Shown: positions 50,820 through 63,159, counted from the first letter of the stretch. The stretch: DNA of 64,000 nt from Stegostoma tigrinum (GCF_030684315.1 NC_081355.1:122218674-122282673), one strand, 5' to 3'. The notes: generated by a model not told the origin, from the sequence alone. Made by a program: numbers and translations.

Positions 50820-51698
50820 TAGATGGTGCAGAAAGATTTAGACAGTTTAGGAGGGTGGTCCAGGAAATGGCTAATGAAATTCAACATGAGCAAATGTGAG
50901 ATTTTGCACATGAAAAAAAGAATACAGGCATGGACTATTTTCTAAACGGTGAGAAAATTCGAAAAGCAGAAGTACAAAGGGATCTGGGAGTGTTGGCCCA
51001 GGATTCTCTAAAAGTTTACTTGCAGGTAGAGTGCATGATTAAGAAAGCGAATGTAATGTTGTCTTTTATCTCAAGAGGGTTGGAATACAAAAGCAGTGAT
51101 GTGCGTCTGAGACTTTATAAAGCTCGAGTTAGGCCCCATTTAGAATACGGTCCAATTTTGGGCCCCACACCTCAGGAAGGACATACTGGCGCTGGAGCAT
51201 GTCCAGCAAAGATTCACATGGACGATCCCTGGAATGGTAGGTTTAACGTATGATGAAGGGCTAAGGATCCTGGGATTGTATTCATTACAGTTTAGAAGGT
51301 TGAGGGGAGATCTAATAGAAACTTACAAGATAATGTATTGTTTAGAAGGGGTGGACGCTGGGAAGTTGTTTCCGTTAGGCGTGGCGACTAGGACCCGTGG
51401 GCACGGCGTTAGAATTAGAGACGGCAAATTAAAAACGGAAATGAGGAGACATTTCTTCAGCCAGAGAGTGGTGGGCCTGTGGAAGTCATTGCCAAGGACT
51501 GCAGTGGAGGCCGGGATGTTAGATGCCTTCAAGGCAGAAATCGATAAATTCTTGATCTCAGAAGGAATCAAGGGCTACGGGGAGGGTGTAGGGAAGTGGA
51601 GTTGAAATGCCCATCAGCCATGATTTAAATGGCGGAGTGGACTTGATGCGCCGAATGGCCTTACTTCCACTCTATTGTCTTATGGTCTTCTGGTCTTA
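50820..51698 (+). mobile_element. Young CR1 3' fragment, same subfamily as 42028-42636
   Basis: YFLNGEKIRKAEVQRDLGVL...RLRGDLIETYKIM...GIKGYGEGVGKWS; tail tcttatggtcttctggtctt. Confidence 0.95.
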
Positions 51699-52019
51699 AG
51701 TAACATTTCGGAAGCAGCTAGAAATCAGGAAATGGAATGGATGGACGATCTTGGGGGGGAATTACAATCAACCAGAAAGGCGTACTGAGCAAATTGTTAG
51801 ATTAAAAGGCTGATAGCTGCCTGGTTCCTGATTGACTTTGGCCTGGGGTCTTAAAGAAGTGGCTAGTGAAATAGTGGATGCATTGTTTTAATTTTCCAAA
51901 ACTCTCTTGATATGGGAAAGAGATAATGGGAACTGCAGATGCTAAGGAATTCCAAGATAATAAAATGAGAGGCTGGATGAGCACAACAGGCCAAGCAGCA
52001 GCTCAGGAGCACAAAAGCT

Positions 52020-52047
52020 GACGTTTCGGGCCTAGACCCTTCATCAG
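52020..52047 (-). ncRNA. Minimal hammerhead ribozyme motif, intact core
   Basis: CUGAUGAAGGGUCUAGGCCCGAAACGUC on the minus strand. Confidence 0.7.
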
Positions 52048-52708
52048 AGAGGGGGATGGGGAGAGGGAACTGGAATAAATAGGGAGAGAGGGGGAGGCGG
52101 ACCGAAGATGGAGAGTAAAGAAGATAGGTGGAGAGAGTGTAACACCTCCGCTCAGTCCGCAACAAACAACTGCACCTCCCAGTCGCAAACCATTTCCACT
52201 ACCCCTCCCATTCTCTAGATGACATGTCCATCATGGGCCTCCTGCACTGCCACAATGATGCCACCCGAAGGTTGCAGGAACAGCAACTCATATTCCGCCT
52301 GGGAACCCTGCAGCCATATGGTATCAATGTGGACTTCACCAGTTTCAAAATCTCCCCTTCCCCTACTGCATCCCTAAACCAGCCCAGTTCGTCCCCTCCC
52401 CCCACTGCACCACACAACCAGCCCAGCTCTTCCCCCCCACCCACTGCATCCCAAAACCAGTCCAACCTGTCTCTGCCTCCCTAACCGGTTCTTCCTCTCA
52501 CCCATCCCTTCCTCCCACCCCAAGCCGCACCCCCAGCTACCTACTAACCTCATCCCACCTCCTTGACCTGTCCGTCTTCCCTGGACTGACCTATCCCCTC
52601 CCTACCTCCCCACCTACACTCTCTCCACCTATCTTCTTTACTCTCCATCTTCGGTCCGCCTCCCCCTCTCTCCCTATTTACTCCAGTTCCCTCTCCCCAT
52701 CCCCCTCT

Positions 52709-52736
52709 CTGATGAAGGGTCTAGGCCCGAAACGTC
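52709..52736 (+). ncRNA. Minimal hammerhead ribozyme motif, intact core
   Basis: ctgatgaagggtctaggcccgaaacgtc; predicted cleavage after GUC at 52736. Confidence 0.7.
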
Positions 52737-54027
52737 AGCTTTTGTGCTCCTGAGATGCTGCTTGGCCTGCTGTGTTCATCCAGCCTCACATTTTATTATC
52801 TTGATATGGGAAAGCCCCATTTGATTGAAAGATAGCGAATATAACTATTTTTTATTCCAAAAAGGAAGAATACAGAAAGCAGGAAAGTACAGGCCATGTA
52901 CTTCTATATCCGTCTTAAGAAAATGTTGGAAACTATTCATAAGAAGTTATAGCAGCGTGTTTAGGTAAATTCAAGGCAATTCATGCAGTGTCAACATGGT
53001 TTTGAGAAGGGGAAGTTATGTTTTAACAATTTTATTGGTGTTTTTTAAAGGAAGCAATATGTGATCAGGATAAAGGGGCACTTGTAGATGTTCTGTTCCT
53101 GGATTTTGTGAAATCATTTGATAAGGTGGCTCATTAGAGGTCTCATGGAAAATAAGAATTCATGGTGAAGGGGCATATTTGCATGAAAAGAAGATTGGTT
53201 GTCTAACAGGAGTCAGTGTATCAGTGTAAATGGGTCTTTTTCAGGTTGGCAAGATATAGTGATTGATGTGCTTCAGGGATTGGTGCTCGGACATTAACTG
53301 TTCGCAATTTGTATGAATGGCTTGTATGAGAGGACGGAAAGTATGTTGCCAAATTTGCTGATGATGCAATGAAAAACATGAAATGTAATTTGTGAAGCAG
53401 ACGTAAGGAGTCTACAAAAAGATATAGATAGGTTAAGCCCTGGCAAATGGAGTAAAAGTGGGAAAATGCGCAATTGTCAATTTTGACAGGTAAAATAAGA
53501 AAGAAATAAACTAACTAGATGGTGAAAAATTGTCAAGTTCTGGGCTGCAAAACAATCTGGTTGCCCTTCTAAATCTCAAAAGGTTATTGTGCAGGTGGAG
53601 CAGGTAATTCGGAAACCTAATTGAATGTTATTATTATTTCAAGAGGAATTGAATCCAAAAGAAAGGAGGTTAGTCTCCATTATACAAGCCACTAGTGAGG
53701 CTATGTCTGGGAGTACTGTACACAATATTGACCACCTAACTTAAGGAAGGAAGCAACTGCATTGGGGCTAGTTCAGAGAGGATTTGTTAGACTAGTAACC
53801 ACTAAATGTGTTGTCTTTTGAGGAAAGATTCAACAGTCTAAGCTTGTATCACCTGGAGTTTAGAAGAGTAATAGGCATCTTGATTAAAAGCTGAAAGAAT
53901 CCTGATGAGTCTTGATACTGTGGATGTGGAGCAGATGTATCTTCTGTTGGGAGAATTGAGAACTGGGGATCACTGTTCAAAAATAACAGTCACCCATTTA
54001 TAAAAGATAAAGGTTTTTTTATTTTTC

Positions 54028-54165
54028 TGAAGAATGGTCTTGACCCGAAACATCAGCTTTCCTGCTCCTCTGATGCTGCTTGGCCTTCTGAGTGCATCCG
54101 GCTCTACACCTTGTTGCCTCAGATTCTCCAGCATCAGCGGTTCCTACTGTGTCTGTAACAAGTTT
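54028..54165 (+). mobile_element. Family-A mini-insertion
   Basis: ctgaagaatggtcttgacccgaaacatc; low-complexity TSD tttttttatttttc at 54014-54027 and 54166-54179. Confidence 0.8.
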
Positions 54166-54450
54166 TTTTTTTATTTTTCCCTTGTGGACTGTGAAACTTT
54201 GGAGCTCTCTTCTAGAACCTTGGTGGAAGCAGGGGCTTTGAATGTTTTTAATGGAGGACTAGAAAGATTCTCGGTAAGCAAGAGGTTTAAAGATTATTAG
54301 GGATTAAGCAAAAATGTGGATTTGAGGTTCCGATCAGAGCATGCTCCTATTAAATGGTGGAGCAGGCTTGAGGAGACTCCAGCTTCGTGTTTATAAGTTC
54401 ATATGTCAAAGTCCCTGCTGCCTCCTATTTGCAGAGTTCTGTAGGGATCA

Positions 54451-54767
54451 GGCGGCATGGTGGCTCAGTGGCTAGCACTGCAGTCTCACAGCGCCAGGGA
54501 CCCAGGTTCGATTCCAGCCTCGGGTAACTGTCTGTGTGGAGTTTGCGCATTCTCCCCATGTCTGCATGGGTTTCCTCCGGGTGCTCCGGTTTCCTCCCAC
54601 GGTCCAAAGATGTGCAGGCTAGGTGGATTGGCCATGCTAAATTGCCCGTAGTGTTCACTGGTGTGTGGGTTATGACGGAGGGGATGGGTCTGGGTGGGAT
54701 GCTTCAAGGGGCAGTGTGGACTTGTTGGGCCAAAGGGCCTCTTTCCACACTGTAGCGAATCTAATCT
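54451..54767 (+). mobile_element. Full-length HE1-type V-SINE
   Basis: A box tggctcagtgg at 54461-54471, B box ggttcgattcc at 54505-54515, V domain gtgtggagtttgcgcattctcccc, HER1-like tail. Confidence 0.93.
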
Positions 54768-54829
54768 TGTGAAGCAAATCAGGTAAAGGATGGATTGCTT
54801 AAGCACAGCAAGGATTTATTCAAACATAC

Positions 54830-55490
54830 TCTTGTTTATTTAGTCATTAGTGGGATGTGGGTAGCAAGAGCATTGATTGCCCCTCCTTACATCTTTTGAA
54901 GAGGTGATAATGAGGTGCCTTCTTGAACTGCTGCAGTGCTTGTGGGGTGTGTAAACTACCAAGCTGTTAGGGAGGGAGTCCCAGGGTTTTGACCCTGTAA
55001 CATTGACAGAGGAGTGAGAGAGTTCCAAGTTTTACATAGATAATATGCAGATAGTGGTCTTCCCAAGCATTTGTCGTACTTGCCTTTCTAAGTGATTGAA
55101 ATCATGAATGTGGAAGGTGCTAGTGAAGTAGTACTACTGAGTTATTGGAGTGCACCTTATATTCAGAGCACACTGCTGTTCCAGTACATCAATGGTGAGG
55201 GCAATGAATGCCACCCACCCTGCAGCTTGAACAATCAGTGGGCTGTTTTGTCTTGGATACTATCAAAGCTCTTGAGTGTGGTTGGAGCCACACTCATCCA
55301 GGCAAGTGTATTTTATCCCATCACACTCCTGACTTGTGCCTTGTAAATGGTGGACAGGTTTAAGAGAACCCTACACTTGGAACTCTAGTTTTTTTGTATG
55401 GTTGGTGCACCTGAGAGTTTCTTGTCCATGCTAATCCCAGGATGTTGAAAGTTGGGAATACAATGAGGCTAGTGCAATTGAACATCAATG
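54830..55490 (-). mobile_element. Old LINE 3' fragment
   Basis: gccttcttgaactgctgcag tail; gttggagccacactcatccaggcaagtg. Confidence 0.7.
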
Positions 55491-56414
55491 TGTTCTATAT
55501 GGTTTTCCATGTCTGTGGATTATACATTGGAGCCATCCTTAAATAATTCAGCTTCAGTATTTTTATACTTTTTACACGTATATTTTTGAGCACCGCATAT
55601 TCAGTTTATCAGAGTTAAATTCCATCTGTTGTTTGACAGTTGTTAATCCTATTGCAAATCCTTTGCTACCTCCTCTGTCACTGCTACCCTCTCTGTTTTA
55701 GTGCTCTCAGTCAGCGTGACAGCTTGCAATTATTTTCAGTCATCCTAAAAAGTGACGGACTGATTTTAGATAATGCTATTTGTATTTTCCATGGTCAGGA
55801 TGTGAGCAGGAATGCAAGATTCTATGGTAAAAACAAAATGACTCTACACACTCGACAGAAACAAATTTGACAAACATTCTCAGAGGACCCTACCTGTGTA
55901 TTGAAAATGCGTTGCTGAGATTTCTTTTTGTGCACAACCGTGCAATGTCTGCACAGAAGGACATCAAGAGAAGATAGCTGAAAGCATTGATAAATGTTTC
56001 TAAGTGCTGTTATTAAAGCATTTTTACAAAATTGGCCCAGAATCAAAGATGGGAAAGATGGGTTGCCATGGAAATGGAATAGAATTCTAGGAGATAGTAT
56101 GTTGCTCTCAGCAGAGGTCATAAAATGATGCTCAAAATTGCCGTGGCAATTTGTAGCAATGAACATGTGTGGGTGAAGATTTTTTGTTTTTTTGGGAAAA
56201 ATTGAGCCATGTGAGTGTGTGTATGTGAATTTGTTAAAGAAGTACACTATTTTATCTATAAAGTGAATATATAATTACTTGGAATATATATGTACATGGA
56301 GGGGTGGTGAGCAAGATGTAACCAGTATTAAACATAGTTCTTGGAATATGGTTCCTCTGATCCTTCTCCTATTAGATCTAAACAAGTTATCCAGGAGTCT
56401 CTCATTTTTTGTCT

Positions 56415-58118
56415 TTGAGGAAATTGAACATGTCAAGTGTTTACTAAGGAGAAAATCATAGATGCTAAAGAAATAAGGGAAAAATGGGGCTGTTTTGTAC
56501 CCCAGACATATTACTACAGAGGAGGGTGTGCAGTCTTGAAGTGCATTCAGGTGGATAAGTCCGCTGGGCCTGACCAAGTCCATACTCTGACATTGTGGGA
56601 GACTAGGGAAGAAATTGCAGAGGCCCTTGCAGAGATTTTTGCTTCACCTTTAGCCACTGGTGAAGTTTCAGAAGGTTGGTGGGTGGCTAATGTTGTTCCA
56701 TTGTTTAAGAAACGTAGCAAAGACAAGCCAGGGAATTACAGACCAGTGAGCTGGATATCAGTGGTAAACAAGTTATTGGAGAGGATACTGAGGGACAGGA
56801 TCAACCAATTTTTGGATTGTCAAAATCTGATTAGCGATAGTCAGCATGGATTTGTGCATGACAAGTCATGCCTGACAAATCTTTTAGAGATTTTCAAAGA
56901 GGTGTCCAAGAGAATAGATGAGGTTAGTGCAGTAGATGTTGTCTATATGGGCTTTAGTAAGGCCTTTGACAAGGTCCCACATGGCAGGCTAGTCATGAAG
57001 GTTAGGTTGCATGGGATCCATGGACAGATAGCTAATTGGATACAAAATTAGCTCAATGGTAGGAAGCAGAAGGTGATGGTTGAGTGTTGTTTCTCAGACT
57101 GAAGGCCTGTGACTAGTGGTGTGCCACATAGTTTGGTGCTGGGACCTTTGTTATTTGTTATTTATATAAATAATTGGGATGTGAATGTATGAGGCATGAT
57201 TAGTCAGTTTGTAGATGGTACAAAATTAGGAGGTATTGCTGATAATGAAGACGATTATCAAAAATTACAGAGGGATCTTGATCTGATGGGGAAGTGGGCT
57301 GAGGATTGGCAAATGCAATTCAATACAGATAAGTAAGATGTTGCTCTTTGGAAAGTCAAGCCAAGTTAGGACTTATACAGCAAGTGATAAGGTCCTGAGG
57401 GGTGTTATGGAACAGAGGCACCTAGGAGCACAAGCACATAGTTCGTTGAAAGCGGCGTCACAGGTGGATAGGGTGGTGAAGAAGGCATTTAGCATGCTGG
57501 CTTTCATTGGTTGAGGCAATGAGTTTATGATTTGGAACATTATGTTAGAGTTACATAAATTGTTGATGAAGCTGCAATTGGTATATTGTTTACAGTTTTG
57601 GTCATGGTGTTATAGGATAAACTAGAAAGTGTGCAAAGAAGATTTACGAAGATGTTGCCAGGATTAGTAGCCCTGAATGAGAGGGAGGGGTTGGCCAAGA
57701 CAGGACTTTATTCCTTGGAACATTGGAGAATGATGGGTGACTTTATTGAGGTATATAAAATTTTGAGGGGCATAGAGAGGATTAATGCATGTAGTCTTTT
57801 TTCCCAGGGATGGGGAATTGAAATCTAGAGGGCACAGGTTTAAGATCAGAGGGGGAATATTTAAGAGGGATCTGAGGCACAACTTCTTTACACAGAGAGT
57901 GGTGAGTGTATGGAATAGGTGACCAGAGAAAGTGGTTGAAGCAGTTACAATAGCAACATTTAGAAAACATTTGGATAGGTACATGGATGGGAAGGGCTTA
58001 GAGAGATATGGACCAAATGCAAACAGTTGGAGCTAGCTGAGTGGACACCATGGTCAGCCAGGACCAGTTTGGGCCAAAGTGCCTGTTTCCAAGCTGTGTT
58101 ACTCTACGACTCTATGAC
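56415..58118 (+). mobile_element. CR1/HER1 ORF2 fragment, RT to tail
   Basis: ORF 56437..57051: DKSAGPDQVH...PGNYRPVS...FSKAFDKVPHGRL; tail ctctacgactctatga. Confidence 0.93.
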
Positions 58119-58507
58119 CTGAGGAAGTGGTGGATGCGGGCATAGTTACAATGTTTAAAAGACACTTAGATAAATGTATGAATAGGAAAGGGTCAGAGGG
58201 ACATTGGCCGGGAGCAGGCACATGAGACTAGTTTAGTTTGAGATTATGTTCAGCATTGAGTCATTGTGACGAAGTGTCTGTTTTTGTGCTGTATAGATTC
58301 ATAACTGTGATGTACGTGCAAGAATATGAGCTCTCAGTGGATTTAATAACATTATGCTATTTGCAATTAAATAGTTTAGATACATGCTTTAATTAAATTT
58401 AGATTTCTGCGATAGAACGTGTCTTCCTCCTATGTTACTATTATACACCTATTTGTGATGTTTAAGCAACGGGGCAACATACCCAAAACAATTTCTCTAT
58501 TGAATGA

Positions 58508-58605
58508 GATGCTGGAGAATCTGAGATAACAAGGTGTAGAGCTGGATGAACACAGCAGGCCAAGCAGCATCAGAGGAGCAGGAAAGCTGATGTTTCTGGC
58601 CTAGA
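58508..58605 (-). mobile_element. Family-A mini-insertion
   Basis: 15-bp TSD ttctctattgaatga at 58493-58507 and 58606-58620. Confidence 0.88.
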
Positions 58606-58879
58606 TTCTCTATTGAATGATCTGCCCGGGCAGTAAAGCGTTGAACTATGGAATGTAATTTAAAATACCTGCTGATCTGAGTCAAATAAAGCATCATCAT
58701 CTGTAAATTTTTATTTCACCATGAACTGTTGGATTATATGCCATTTCAGATCTCTGATCTCAAAGGCCAGGGTTTGGTAAATAGTATGTCTTTCCAAAAT
58801 GAACTGAGCGAGAGCTCCAGTTGTTGGGAGAGGCATTTCATTAGTGCAATCCTCCATTAAGTGGTAATGTTGCATTTTT

Positions 58880-61000
58880 TAAAAAATTCCCTCATGAGAT
58901 GTGGGCATCGCTGGCTGACAAGCATTAATGCCTGTCCCTAGTTGCCCTTGAGAAGGTGGTGGTGAGCTGCCTTCTCGAACCACTGCCGTCCATGTACTGT
59001 AGGTTGACCCACAGTGCCCTGAGAGAGGGAATTCCAGTGAAAGGGAGGGAAAGGTGATATATTTCCAAGTCAGGATGGTAAGTGACTTGGAGGGGAACTT
59101 GCAGGTGGTGGTGTTCTCTGTGACCTGTGTCCTTCTAGATGGATGTGATTGTGGCTTTGAAAAGTTTTATCTAAGGATTTTTGGTGAATTTCTGCAATGC
59201 ATCTTGTAGGTAGTACACACTGCTGCTATTGAGTGTAGGTGCTGGAGGGAATGGATGCTTGTGGATGTAATGCCAATGAAGAGGGCTCCTTTGCCCTGAA
59301 TGGTGCCAAGCTTCTTGAATGATATTGCAGCTGCCCTCATCCAAGCAAGTGGGAAATATTCCATCCCACTCCTGACTTATGCCTTGTAGGTAGTGTTCAG
59401 GCTTATTGACCAGAAATGATTGCATTTTAACATGGGATTGCATCAGTATTTGAACCCAAGCTGGGCATCAATAGGCAGTTTATTGCTGAGCGGGTGCTAC
59501 TTGATAGCATCGGAGATAATACTTTCCTTCACTGCTCAGACCTTCAACTAATGGACTTGGGATGTCATGCTGATGTTGTACAGGACATTGGTGAGGCCTC
59601 TTATGGAATACTGTGTGCAGTTCTTGTTGCTCTATTGTAGGAAGGATATTAGGAATGACACCTCTTCTTCAGGTATACCTGATGCTGCTCCTGACATGCC
59701 CTCCTGCATTCTCCATCAAAACAGGGTCGATCCCCTGGCTTGTTGGTAATGCTGGGTCATGAGATTACAGGTTGTACTGAAGTACAATTTTGTTGGTGCT
59801 GATAGCCCATGTGGATGTCCAGTCATGAGTTTTTTAAAAAAAATCATTCGAGCGCTGCGGCCATCACTGGCTGAACCTGCATTTAAAATCTCTTTTCAAA
59901 CTGTCCACAGGGTCAACCATATTGCTGTGGGTCCGGAATAGGTGAGGATGTTAGTTTCTTTCCCTAAAGGGCATGAATGTGCCAGATGGGTTTTTTCCAA
60001 CAATCGACAATAGGTTCACAGTCATCATTAGATTCTTAATTCCAAATTTTTATTGGCTGCAAATTCTGCCATTTGCTGTGGCAGGTTTCAAGCTTGTGTA
60101 CCCCTGGAACATTAATGGGTCTCTGGAATAACAGTGAAGTGATAATGCCACTAGGCCACACCTCCCCTTGAGTTGCTGGATCTGTTCAATTTCTGTCCCA
60201 TTTAGCATAGTGATGGTGTCACAGAACATGATAGAGGTTGTTCTCAATGTGAAGGTTAGGCTTTGTCTCCAAAAAGACTGCATGGTGGTCACTCTTACCA
60301 ATACTATCACGGACAGATGCATCTACAGCTGGCAGATTGGTAAGGATGAGGCCAAATATGTTTTCCCTCTCGTCTGTTTCCTCAGCACCTGCTGCAGACC
60401 CAGTCGAGCAGCTATGTCCTTTCCAACCCGACCAGCTCAATCAATAATATTGCCGCCAAGCCATTGTTTGTGGTGGACATGAAGACCCCACCCAGGGTAC
60501 ATTTCATACCCTTGTCATCCTTTATGTTGCCCACCATAGAGGAGTACTGATTCATCAGCTGAGCGGAAATGGTACATGGTAACCAGCAGGAGGTTTCCTT
60601 GCCCTTAATTTACCTGAAGCCAGGAGACTTTATGGGATCAAGAGTTAATGTGGTAGACCTCAAAAGCAACTCCCTCCAACTGTATACCACTGTGCCCCAC
60701 CTCTGCCAGCGGGTCAGGGCATATCCACAGATCTTGATTAATGGTGTCTTGAACATTGCCTGCCTGTAATGGATGATTCTGGCAGTGTGAATATTTCAGG
60801 CTGTTGCTTGACTATTCTGTGAGACAGCTCTCCCAATTTTGGCACTAGCTCCCAGATGTAATCAGGAGGACTTTGCTGAGTTGACAGGGCTGTTTCCGTG
60901 TTGTCTTTTCCAGTGCCCAGGTCGATGCTGCATGGCCTGTCCAGTTACATTTTTATTTGTTTTGGTTGGAACTTCACAGCAATTGTTACAACTGAATGGT
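58880..61000 (-). mobile_element. LINE (CR1/L2 group) remnants with nested SINE (about 59830-60168) and short CR1 piece (about 59550-59655)
   Basis: MEYFPLAWMRAAAISFKKLGTIQGKGA; endonuclease-like RENIFGLILTNLPAVDASVRDSIGKSDHHAVF. Confidence 0.8.
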
Positions 61001-61269
61001 TTGCCAGGCCATTTCAGAGGGCAGTTGAGAGTCAACCACATTTCTGTCAGTCTGGAGTCATATGTAGGCCAGACCAGGTAAAGGTGGCAGATTTCCTTCC
61101 CAAATGTACATTAATGACCCAGATGGGTTTTTTTCAACAATTGACAATGTTTATCAGTAGATTCTGCACATCTGATCAAAAAGCTGCAAGATCAGCAGGG
61201 AGGCTAGAAATCATTGCCATGACATAGCACAACAGGTTGAATATAGCGTCATATTCGGAGAAAAGTCAG

Positions 61270-61490
61270 ACCATCGCAGGATACCAACTCTAGATTTCAG
61301 TGTTGCCTCCTGCGTGTCCTCTTCCAGGCCATCAAGGATTAATAGAGATGTTCTTTTTGAAGATGACATCAGAAGGCAGCCCAGATGGTCGGTGGCAGAG
61401 GAATTGAGCAACACTAGGAAGGACACCTGCTGAACCTGGGTCTTGTGCCAGAATTGAGGCAACGACCTGGTCTTATCCACAAGGGGAAGT
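61270..61490 (+). pseudogene. Possible decayed Harbinger Myb/SANT-like fragment
   Basis: RINRDVLFEDDIRRQPRWSVAEELS...TWVLCQN*GNDLVLSTR. Confidence 0.45.
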
Positions 61491-62923
61491 GCCAATGTCA
61501 CATTTTCAATATGAATCTCCTAAATAATTATTAATAATGTGTACCTGAAAAGAGGCAGTTATTCCAGAGGAGTAAATGCACTATCAGCCTCAATGGCCTA
61601 TACCATTTGAGGCCAAAATATCTGCAAAGCAATTCCCTATTTGTGTTCACTTGGATATAATACTTGAATGAGATCCATCGATATGTGATTGGGATACATG
61701 CAGGCAACAGGGTTAGGTACCACCTGACATGTCACTGACAACGCAATTCATGATGGATGAGCAGACTCCAAATACCAGGGAGAGGAGACGGACAAACAGG
61801 AGGAAAACATCCTGAACTCAGGCTCCTCATGGCAGCCAAGGAGGTGATATTGGGGATTACTGATGAGGGGGGATCAGGGTTAGTGACAGACAGTGAGGCT
61901 GATTGAGCCAGGAGTAGAGACGAAGTGACAATCATCCTGCTGGTGGCAATTGGGCGATTCTTCATCTGGTTCTTTTTGTTTCCACAGCAGAATGTCTCCA
62001 TCCAAGGACAATGCCACAGCCAAAGGGAGTGTTTAAAGACTCCACCTCTGGTGACATAGCAGCCAGTTTGCTGGTGGATGCAATGACATCTGTCTGATTG
62101 GCAATGTCTGCCGTACAGTTATGCCCACACAGTCTGTGGAACATTTCTGTGTACATTCAGGCGGGCAATCTGCTAAGCATAGGCACATGTGTCCCAGCAG
62201 CTAATGGCAGGTGTTCTAGTTGAATTCCCAGATGTTTGAAGGGCTGCTGAAGTCCAATCCCTGCTGGGCCCATTCTTGGTGACAGCTCTCTGGATTTGGT
62301 CATAAGAGCCTGCCATATTCCAAGCATTTGAGTGTATGGCCTCATCCACGAAGTGGATGGCGACTAAGTCAATTATTTGATTATATGCGCTCTGATCTGC
62401 ATTCCATTGCTCTAACCAAGGCTCAGTGCAGCACTGGCCAGGATAAAAGGGGACTAAGACCTGAATCTCCTTCCAGAAGTCACTTTCTCACAGGAAGAAA
62501 GGCAGATTATATTGCTCACCTGGATAGAAGAGGAATATGTGCCTTAGCTCCAAGATATTCATCCCAGGACAGCTGCAGTGTTAGTGACATTTCCTCATCC
62601 CCACCCACCCTTGATCCCAAAATATTCAGCAGGTGAGGCTGGGGATGACACCTTTGCACCTGAGCAGAAGGCTCCCAGTACATTGTAGTTATCAAGGGTC
62701 CATACTTCAGCAGACACCCACGGTCATCTAAAGCAACAGGACATGGCTCTGCAGAGACTCTTTCCACATCAGCTCTGATGTCAGGGTTACACTGAGATGC
62801 CATGAAAGGAAACCGAAATTGAAAGAAATATGAGCAAGAAGTCAGTGCCAGTGATCTTTCGATTTTTGCTCTGAAATGTTAAAATAAACACTGTAATCAA
62901 TCATAATTAACAAGAACTGATGG

Positions 62924-63159
62924 GACAAAAACAAAGCTGCTGGAAAAGCTCAGCAGGTCTGGCAGCATCAGTGAAGGTGTAAACAAAGTTAACATTTCCG
63001 GTCCGATGAGCTTTCCTCAGAACCTGCGAGGAAGGGCCAAGGACCTGAAACGTTAACTCTGTTTTCTCCTTCACAGATGCTGCCAGACCTACTGAGCTTT
63101 TCCAGCAGCTTTGTTTTTGTTCTTGATTTACAGAATATGCAGCTCTTTTGGCTTTTATT
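62924..63159. mobile_element. Palindromic family-B mini-element
   Basis: Two inverted termini; TSD aagaa(c/t)tgatgg at 62912-62923 and 63160-63171; minus-strand hammerhead ggtt-CUGAGGA...GAAAUGUU-aacu at 62987-63024. Confidence 0.9.

Larger units (their letters stand above)
51921..52798 (+). mobile_element. Young Penelope insertion with inverted terminal segment (51921-52140 minus, 52141-52798 plus)
   Basis: 16-bp TSD tcttgatatgggaaag at 51905-51920 and 52799-52814; GIY-YIG C-terminus in ORF 52224..52484. Confidence 0.93.
51700..54405 (+). mobile_element. Old CR1 ORF2 hosting two Penelope insertions
   Basis: Degenerate motifs: ggaaagtacaggcca, ccaaatttgctgatgatgca, tggcaaatggag, ggagtttagaaga, plus a CR1 tail. 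Confidence 0.75.

Noticed and set aside
54451-54525. tRNA gene
   Set aside because: The A and B boxes belong to the HE1 SINE head and run into the V domain; the same applies to the other SINE heads and the tRNA-like stretch near 17340-17405
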